DNA from: Octopus sinensis
Taxonomy: Eukaryota
Direction of reading: 5' to 3'
Length of the DNA: 16,939 bases
Assembly: GCF_006345805.1 (NCBI RefSeq)
Contig: NW_021825007.1
Span: 1-16,939, forward strand
Every line of letters starts with the position of its first letter. Positions within the stretch are counted from its first letter, which is position 1. A model generated the notes under the pieces. That model was given only the letters and a program-made list of their open reading frames with translations. It made no database searches and had not been told where the DNA came from. The position numbers and the translations under genes are program-made. Shown in pieces: positions 9,763 to 16,939 of the stretch.

Positions 9763-9972
9763 TGCGTATACGTGTGTATGCTTGTGTGTCTGTTCCCCCC
9801 CCACCCACCATCGCTTGACAACCGAAGCTGGTTTGGTTACGTCCTCGAAACGTAGCGGTTCGGCATAAAAGAACGATATGATAAGTACTAGGCTTGCAAA
9901 GAATAAGTCCTGGCGTCGATTTGCTCGGCCAAATGACTGAAACAAGTAAAAGAATAAAAGAATAAAAGAATA
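9763..9972 (+). mobile_element. SINE 3' half with (AAAAGAAT)n tail
   Basis: It reads CCACCATCGCTTGACAACCG...GATAAGTACTAGGC...TCCTGGCGTCGAT (Nin-like segment)...ATGACTGAAACAAGT followed by the repeated tail. The family was recognised from memory. Confidence 0.7.
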
Positions 9973-10114
9973 CATGTATATTATTTTCGGCTTTATGTTC
10001 CAACGCATTCCATCAGACATAAGTGAAGATCACAAAATCAAGTCCATATTTGTACAACAATATTACATGTAGTCACGGCGTAGTCTACACCTAACAGTGT
10101 TAGAAGCTCTACTG

Positions 10115-10342
10115 GAGCCAACGAAGGAACTTAGACCTGCTAGAAATAACAGCCAAATCTTCCTCAAATCACACCCTTAAGCCTTTTAAAGAAATAAGAA
10201 AAAAGGCAGGAGACACAGACAATCTTAGATATACACAACGGGATGGTCGTAACTGGAATATCTTTGATTGTAGTTTGATTGTAGGTCCGCCGATATACAA
10301 CACTGGTGACGTGGAGGTCAACAACAAGAAACACAACAACAA
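10115..10342 (+). mobile_element. family X (copy 3)
   Basis: It reads GAGCCAACGAAGG...GACCTGCTAGAAATAACAGCCAAATCTTCCTCAAATCACACCC...GATGGTCGTAACTGGAATATCTTTGAT...CAACAACAA. Confidence 0.8.
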
Positions 10343-10454
10343 ATGCAATGTTAGTAACTTTGTTAGTAAAGAGGGGGGTCTTGTTAGGGGTTCGTTGGTG
10401 GTGTTAATGACATCAATTTTCTACACAGGAGGGGACATAGAACTTAATCGGTTT

Positions 10455-10668
10455 GTCCCCTGGTCTTGAGCCTACCTATGATCAGAGGCATTCCAGTTAA
10501 TCCCACGCTTCTCTTCTAGTTAAAATCTATCCCAGACTGCATCATCGAATTTGTCCCTTTTTTTCTTTTCTTTTCCTTTTTAGACGATAGGGTGTATTTT
10601 GATGAAGATTTGGCTGCTATTTCTAGCTGGTCAAGTGACCACATAAAGGTCCCTTCGTCTGCTCACCT
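10455..10668 (-). mobile_element. family X (copy 4), best-preserved 5' end
   Basis: The minus strand reads AGGTGAGCAGACGAAGGGACCTTTATGTGGTCACTTGACCAGCTAGAAATAGCAGCCAAATCTTCATCAAAATACACCCT...CTGGAATGCCTCTGATCATAGGT. Confidence 0.8.
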
Positions 10669-11482
10669 TACAGCTTGGTACAACCATAGGTGCTCTACTA
10701 AACCGAGGTACACGATGATGTTATTACTAGTATGATGGTGTTATAACTAGTACGACTGACAACCATGAAAATATTGTTTGTACTAACGAGATACCAACTT
10801 TATTTTGTGAACTTTCATGTCTTCAAATTCATTTCTTAGAATAGATTGTTCTTCGTGGTCTTCGACTAACGGATCCTCTTCCATTTTCAAAGAATATTTT
10901 TAGTACTTCCTACTAACCGACATTTTGTCTTTGTTGGGTTTTATAATCGTGCACCTTAATCTATATTTCCAATGAAATATAGTTATAAATAATATCAACA
11001 TCAGTTTTTTTATAAAAAAAAATCGATTGAAAATGTTTTATACTCTTCCATTTTTCTGTCGCCTTCGATCTTCGATCTCTTAAGATTTTAGTATTAGTAT
11101 TACAAACGTCATCCTTAACCTCTCCTCCATTGTTCTTCAGTCGTTGTTTTTTCCCCCTCTCCTTCTTACATCTGAGATATAACTTATCTTTATATTATAC
11201 CTTTATACGGTTATCAATGTTTATCATTTCGTTTCTTTCCATTTTTTTGTATTACTTCGTCGTACTGATGTATTTATCTCTAATATAACTATTTTTAGCT
11301 TTCCTTTTTCATTGGCATTCGTTCAAACATATATTCGTGTCTCTTGTTCTTTCAGTCCAAATTATATTTACTCTAAAGCATTATTATTATTTTTTTCTCC
11401 AATGCATATTTCTCTTATGCTTCCTTGTTTAAAAGTCCATAAATATTGAGGTATTTGTAGTGTTAAGACCTTAATGTTGTGA

Positions 11483-11483
<1 letters not shown>

Positions 11484-11556
<73 letters not shown>

Positions 11557-11570
11557 ATGCATGTGTGTGT
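11484..11570. repeat. (TG)n microsatellite in the putative 3' UTR of the minus-strand gene
   Basis: Directly visible. Confidence 0.95.
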
Positions 11571-11673
11571 ACGTGAAGAAGTGTAGTTTTTACAAGTTGT
11601 GTGAGCCATGCTTTGCTGTCGTGTATTGTAGCTATTGCTGTGTTGGAATACAATTCATAAATAATGTTTTATA

Positions 11674-12801
11674 CTACACCTCTTCTAGATCTATCTCTTC
11701 AAAGTCTCTGAAATCGTCAGGCCATGGAACAGAAGATACACCTGTAGGAGAGTTGTTCAATTCTTTCACTTTGTGTTTTTTGCCCTTCTCCGGATTTCCT
11801 TTACCCATGCTCGGAACACCGTCCGGCTCTTGCGATCCACGACGCTCCAGAGAAGAACATTTTCCCTCAGTTGAATTATCGATGTCCCTGGTTGAGCAGC
11901 CTTTACGTGAATCATGGAAGGCTTTAAAACAGACTGCTTTACAAATGTCTGGACAGGGTGATACAGAAATTAATTTTACATTCCCATGACCAACATTTTT
12001 TACACCTGGACCCAAAATGTATTTTAAATTTTTCAACGAAAGATATTCCCCTTCTTCTTGGTCAGATGCTTGTTCTACAGTATGATAGGATTCACTTTTG
12101 TTGCTATCCGTGCCTGAGTCAACATAGCTACCTAGGTCTGAATCATAAGACAACTTTGAACTATGCATTGGTTCTGCTGTATAAAAGGAATCAGAATCGG
12201 AGGCAATTTCGTCATCAAGTTCTTGAACATTAGTTTGATCGTGGAAATCGTAGAGTGATTGGAGGTTAGTAGTTTTTGCTGAAGCGCTTCTAACCATTAT
12301 GTCATGAACAAGCTTAGGTTCATAGATATCATCTTCGAGGCAGAAAGAAACAGTTTTGGCTCTAACAATAGGAGTGGAATCTTCATTTGAATCGAGAATA
12401 ACCTTTGATTCAATGATGTCTTCCTCTGGACGGAAGACAACAGATTTAGATTTTAAGTCAGGAGAGTTTGTTGCGATTAAATAAGAAGCGGAGCTTGATC
12501 TGTATGAGGATTCTTGCAATGGAGTTGAACCAGATTTTGTGTTCAAATCATTGGTGCAGACATTTGAATTTGGAACAACTTGTTGAGAGACGTTTATTTT
12601 GCGTGGTAAGAAATCGGTTTGCGTACATGAGTCCACAGTGGGCATTTGACCGAGGCAAGGAATAATTTCTTCCACAGACGCATCATTTCTTGAGATGCAA
12701 CAGCAGAAGAAAAAATTCATGAAACAATGGCCGATCCTCGAGAAAAGGTCCATCAGATAATCTCTCAAGTTGAGATTTTCGTCCGGAGGCTTTTCGAGCA
12801 T
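11674..12801 (-). CDS. uncharacterised Ser/Asp/Glu-rich, probably disordered protein, 375 aa, single coding exon
   Basis: This is a 1128-nt open frame of non-repetitive sequence in AT-rich DNA. The first ATG is at 12801 with A at -3 (the track starts 6 codons earlier at a GTG). There are in-frame stops upstream at about 12832-12837, and the stop is TAG at 11674-11676. I see no transposon motifs and no recognisable domain. Confidence 0.75.
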   Translation of the reverse strand: MLEKPPDENLNLRDYLMDLFSRIGHCFMNFFFCCCISRNDASVEEIIPCLGQMPTVDSCTQTDFLPRKINVSQQVVPNSNVCTNDLNTKSGSTPLQESSYRSSSASYLIATNSPDLKSKSVVFRPEEDIIESKVILDSNEDSTPIVRAKTVSFCLEDDIYEPKLVHDIMVRSASAKTTNLQSLYDFHDQTNVQELDDEIASDSDSFYTAEPMHSSKLSYDSDLGSYVDSGTDSNKSESYHTVEQASDQEEGEYLSLKNLKYILGPGVKNVGHGNVKLISVSPCPDICKAVCFKAFHDSRKGCSTRDIDNSTEGKCSSLERRGSQEPDGVPSMGKGNPEKGKKHKVKELNNSPTGVSSVPWPDDFRDFEEIDLEEV

Positions 12802-13002
12802 TTTCAAAAGAAAATCCACGCACGGACGAAATTATCAAGGATACAATCAGTAAAACTGATCAAGTAGAAAAAGCATCGATTAATTCATCTACAAAGGTTA
12901 TCAAATGAACTGTTTCGAAACCTGAAATTTATGAATATAAAATATCAACCAGAATTCGCTTTGGAACGTCAATTCGAAATGTGAATGAACTGAAGTTTGA
13001 GG

Positions 13003-13060
13003 TTATATCTCAAGCCAGACCCATCGCTACGTCATGTTGCACTTGTTGATTATGACGTAG
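13003..13060 (-). promoter_or_regulatory. candidate promoter: inverted pair of CRE-like sites plus TATA-like element
   Basis: CTACGTCAT (13027-13035) and ATGACGTAG (13052-13060) are exact reverse complements, each containing TGACG. A minus-strand TATAA lies at 13007-13003, about 200 nt upstream of the ATG. Confidence 0.35.
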
Positions 13061-13509
13061 TACACACTGAAACTTTAAACACCTCCTTGTCGCATCAAGG
13101 CTACAGATTTACACAGAAACAAACGCTTTTATCACCTTTATTCGATCGGGTGACTTGACTTGCCTACCGACATGTAACTCCTCCACGCCACATGTTCCCG
13201 ATCGAGCGATACGGCATGAACGTCTGGTTGGAGTTTTAGTCACGCTGGTCTTTTTTCATATAAAAGGAAATACCTCACCTGCACGTACCACAAAAAAACG
13301 GACGATAGCCATAGCTTGCTAAGAGAACCTGGCCGTGGACGATTTGTTGTCTGTTCAAACGCTCAGCATCCACAGGTAATTCGTCATTGATTCCAATAAG
13401 CTCATCCGCTGAAATAGTTCGCATCCACCGTGCTGCATCCTTTGAGTTCAACGTACCCTGGTTTGGGTGGTTACATACTAATTAACACATAACTGGCACC
13501 CTGACAGGC

Positions 13510-13510
<1 letters not shown>

Positions 13511-13598
<88 letters not shown>

Positions 13599-13632
13599 CA
13601 GCAGCAGTAGTAGTAGTAGCAGCAGCAGCAAC
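13511..13632. repeat. (AGT)n/(AGC)n trinucleotide repeat
   Basis: Directly visible. Confidence 0.95.
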
Positions 13633-13637
13633 AGTTT

Positions 13638-13817
13638 AAGGCAGTGAGATGGCAGAATCGTTAGCACGCTGGACAGAGTTCAAATAGCGCCGGTGTTTCC
13701 TTCGCATTCTTCGATGAACTGAGTACCGGTGGAGAAGTGGAGGGATGGGGCGATGTAATCAACTCCCGCCCTCTCCATATTTCAGACCTTGTGCCTAGAG
13801 TAGAAAGGATTGTTATT
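13638..13817 (+). mobile_element. tRNA-derived Nin/Deu-like SINE with an internal deletion
   Basis: It reads GGCAGTGAGATGGCAGAATCGTTAGCACGC...GAGTTCAAAT...GAGTACC...GACCTTGTGCCTAGAGTAGAAAGGATTGTTATT. Confidence 0.8.
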
Positions 13818-13818
13818 G

Positions 13819-14015
13819 GTGATGGCACGTGGCCTGGTGGTTAGAGTGTTGCGCTCACGAACGCGACATCGTGGTTTCAACACCTAGACCGGGTAGTGCG
13901 TTGTTTTTCTTGCGCAAAACACTTCATCTCACGTTTCTCTGCGATCACTTCGACACCTGAGGCGTGGAAAACTTGTGCACCTGTTCAGGTAACGACGTCG
14001 ATTGGATGGAGGGAG
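13819..14015 (+). mobile_element. tRNA-derived CORE-like SINE
   Basis: It has A box TGGCCTGGTGG, a decayed B box GGTTTCAACACC, then CTTGCGCAAAACACTTCATCTC (CORE-like). The head is homologous to 1-113. Confidence 0.75.
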
Positions 14016-14676
14016 TGATGTATATTTTTATCAAACATTTTATAGCCATGTTGTATATCATCGAGCAACTTCGAGAGAGTTATTAAAGCTAAACAAAAGA
14101 GGAGTGGTGATTGAGGGTCAGCCTGGAAAATACCACAGGAAATTTTTACATCTCCAGCATTGAGAGATTCATTGTCACTCTTCAAAGTCAGTGTGTTTCT
14201 CCATGATCTCATACTTACAGGCAAAAAGTTTCGCAGAGTAGACGCTATTTTATACATTTCCATACATTTTTTAATCCAGCTATGTGGTAGACTATCAAAA
14301 GCCTTTTTATAGTCTATCCAGGCTATCGACATGTTTTGTGTCGTTTGTGACAATCTTCTGGGATCATCTTAATAATGAGTAGCTGATCTTTTACAACCAT
14401 AAGACCCACGTTTACAACCTTTTTGCTCATTAGGGAATATGCCACTTTCTATTAAAAAAACTATATATTCACTCGAAACAGATGATAGTATTTTATATAT
14501 TGTTGTTAAGCAGGTGATGGGTCTATAATTTTTTGGTTCATTTGTTTCTTCATTTTTTAGAAGTAGTAATGTAACACCATTAACTAACCAAGAGGGAATC
14601 ATACTAGGTTGTTGCAAAACATTGTTGTAAAGTTTTGTTAGCAGTCCATGGCTCTTTGGGAAGGTATTCAACCATC
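14014..14676 (-). mobile_element. R4/Dong-clade non-LTR retrotransposon reverse transcriptase fragment (pseudogene)
   Basis: Translation gives PKNYRPITCLTTIYK...EQKGCKRGSYGCK/DQLLI (after frameshift)...AWIDYKKAFDSLPHSWI...GIFQADPQSPLLFCLAL...GY. There are compensating +1/-1 frameshifts near 14390-14335, and the fragment ends just before the YMDD motif. Confidence 0.9.
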
Positions 14677-14699
14677 GGCCTCAATGTTCAGCCGATGTG

Positions 14700-14835
14700 C
14701 CTGGATTTGCCTAACAAGGCTTTGATTTAATATAGTAGATTTAATATAGTAGTGTCCGAGGTGCTAGTTGCCGACTGAACCCGGTACCATTAGGTTGGAA
14801 AGTGAACTTACCGCCATACAACTACGCATGTGCCA
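14700..14835 (-). mobile_element. degenerate tRNA-derived SINE 5' portion
   Basis: The minus strand reads GTAAGTTCACTTTCCAACCTAATGGTACCGGGTTCAGTC...GCACCTCGGACA...CAAAGCCTTGT. The head is similar to 5846-5901. Confidence 0.55.
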
Positions 14836-15029
14836 TGACAATTACATGTATATATTTACGTAGAAGTTTGCTTTTCTGTTGTGTGAAACGAACCCTGGTC
14901 TGCTGCGAACTATGAAAGCGCAATCGCCAGAAACGAAATAATTTGAAAGACGTTCTTCCTGATGTCTCCACTTAATATTCGCACGAAATCGAAAGTGAAG
15001 TCTACTTACTTGAGACAGATTCAAATTAC

Positions 15030-15101
15030 ATAGATAGATGTAGATAGATAGATAGATAGAGATAGATAGAGACAGATGGATAGATAGATAGACAGACAGA
15101 C

Positions 15102-15188
<87 letters not shown>
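15030..15188. repeat. (GATA)n/(GACA)n microsatellite
   Basis: Directly visible. Confidence 0.95.
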
Positions 15189-15189
<1 letters not shown>

Positions 15190-15228
15190 TAACGGATTAG
15201 TGACGAGGATTTTGCACTCATAATGTGG

Positions 15229-15940
15229 ATATATGTATATATATATATGTATATACATATATATGTGCATGTGTTTGTGTCTATCTATGTAAGTATGTAT
15301 ATACATACATATAAAGATATATATATATTTATGTATATATGTATATATGTGTGCATATATGTATGTATATATTTATGTATGTACACACAAGCAGACATAT
15401 GAGTTTACAAATACCATATATAGATTTACATTTATATTCATATACATACAGATGTCTGTTTATCTGTGTGTGTATATGTATATATGTGTGTGTGTGTGTG
15501 TGTATAAGTATATAAGCATATATGAGTGCCTATATATAAGTATGTGCATATACATATATATATATATGTGTGTGGGTGTGTGTATATATATATATGATTG
15601 TATGTATGTATGATGTATATATATGATTGTATGTATGTATGATGTATATATATGCCTGTATGCATGTATGTATGTATTTATGTATGTATGTATGTATGTA
15701 TGTGTGTGTATGTATGCATGCATGTATGTATGTATGTATGTATGTATGTATGTATGTATGTATGTATGTATGTATGTATGTATGCATGTATGAATGTGTG
15801 TGTGTATGTATGTATGAATGTGTGTGTGTGTATGTATGTATGAATGTGTGTGTGTGTGTATGCATGTATGTATGCATGTATGTATGTATGTATGTATGTA
15901 TGCATGTATGTATGTATGTGTGTGCGTATGTATGTATGCA
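15229..15940. repeat. long degenerate (TA)/(TG)/(TATG)n microsatellite block
   Basis: Directly visible. Confidence 0.95.
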
Positions 15941-16033
15941 AACACAAGCACACGCTCGCACGCGCTCGTACAATAGATTTTCCTTGGTAAAATGGCTTAC
16001 GCCGTTGCTGCTATCAAATTGCCTGTCAGCTTA

Positions 16034-16073
16034 GGAGGTACTTACTTGGAGGTACTTACTTGGAGGTACTTAC
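16034..16073. repeat. 14-bp tandem repeat, about 2.9 copies (GGAGGTACTTACTT)
   Basis: Directly visible. Each unit contains GTAAGT on the minus strand. Confidence 0.95.
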
Positions 16074-16109
16074 CAAATGACTTTGGCACAGGAATAATAT
16101 CTTCGGTTT
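16074..16109 (-). other. candidate 36-nt symmetric microexon (xTEDIIPVPKSF)
   Basis: An upstream T-rich tract leads to a CTTTCTAAAG acceptor, and the donor is TTG|GTAAGT. The length is divisible by 3 and the frame is open in phase 1. Confidence 0.35.
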
Positions 16110-16284
16110 CTTTAGAAAGTTGTAAACCAGACATAATGAAAAAAAAAAAGCTCCCCCAATAACTACCGTCTGAAGAACCACACACACACACAAGTTTATG
16201 TACGCACACATACATGCATACACATTCACAGAGAACTATATACAGACATGTACGCATGTATGTGAGAGTACATACTTTCATAAG

Positions 16285-16565
16285 TATATATATATATATA
16301 TGTATGTATGTATGTATGTATATAAATTAGGAAAAAAAACACCTTTTATCAATTCAAAATGAACAATTAAATTACACCATCTAGAAAATTACATATAATA
16401 GAAATATTAAAAATAACAATATTATACCGATGATTAAGTAAATTACAAAATAATAATAATAACTTATATATTAGGTAGAATAACATATTAGGTAGAATAT
16501 GTATATATACACATATATATATATATATATATATATATTATACACCTACACCCACAAACACCCAT

Positions 16566-16596
<31 letters not shown>

Positions 16597-16939
16597 CATA
16601 TATGCGTATGTTTTTCATTTACTTATGTTAATGTGTTATTATTTTGTTTTTTGTTTGTTTTATGATTTAGGCATTTGTCTTCTTTCTTGGCAGTCTTTTT
16701 TGTGGGTTTTTTTTGCCATCGTCTCTACCTTACATGACTCTATTTATTTTTTTCCTTTTTACTCTCTCTTTGTTTATATTCTCAGATCTTACTATTAAAT
16801 CTACTCTGTGAGACTGCGTGTGTAGGGTGGTAGGAATGGTTGTGCACACGTATATACATGCATATGAGTATATACATGCATATATATACGTATATATATA
16901 CATATATGCATCTTTATATATATAAAGAGACTATAATAT
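16285..16939. repeat. AT-rich low-complexity region with several (TA)/(TATG) tracts
   Basis: Tracts are directly visible at about 16285-16323, 16497-16600 and 16851-16923. Confidence 0.8.

Noticed and set aside
10616-10627. GCTAGAAATAGC (minus strand), identical to the engineered Cas9 sgRNA tetraloop region
   Set aside because: It is a 12-nt coincidence within a dispersed eukaryotic repeat. The rest of the scaffold is absent and there are no cas genes or arrays.
11483-12665. Plus-strand ORFs 11483-11989, 11958-12233 and 12468-12665
   Set aside because: They are antisense shadows of the long minus-strand ORF, and the first one starts inside (TG)n.
13985-14671. RT ORFs as a functional or domesticated reverse transcriptase
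   Set aside because: They are frameshifted, motif QGD is mutated to QAD, and the catalytic YMDD region is missing.
504-16798. Many ORFs rich in YI, CV, HT, MYVC or YLSI, plus the poly-L, poly-N and poly-A/V ORFs
   Set aside because: They are translations of stop-free microsatellites, with no evidence of coding function.

Overview
AT-rich, microsatellite-dense eukaryotic genomic DNA. The SINE/MITE families resemble those of coleoid cephalopods (Octopus-like); this is inferred from repeat recognition, not from a search. Most of the window is simple repeats plus decayed transposons: several tRNA-derived SINE families, RTE, CR1-group, R4/Dong and APE-type LINE fragments, a Penelope-like terminal repeat with a hammerhead-like core, and hAT- and piggyBac-like MITEs. 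The one convincing protein-coding region is an uninterrupted minus-strand ORF (11674-12801, 375 aa from ATG) with no domain I recognise. It is densely set with short linear motifs: a Cys cluster, an LC8-type TQT, tandem PP1 RVxF motifs, a phospho-FFAT-like motif, a PKA site and a C-terminal LIR-like motif. Two other signals stand out. The first is a multi-copy short retroelement with no tRNA head, whose 5' end has an HDV-like ribozyme layout and which occurs as convergent pairs. The second is a candidate 36-nt microexon whose splice donor is triplicated. Nearly all other ORFs in the track are microsatellite artefacts.
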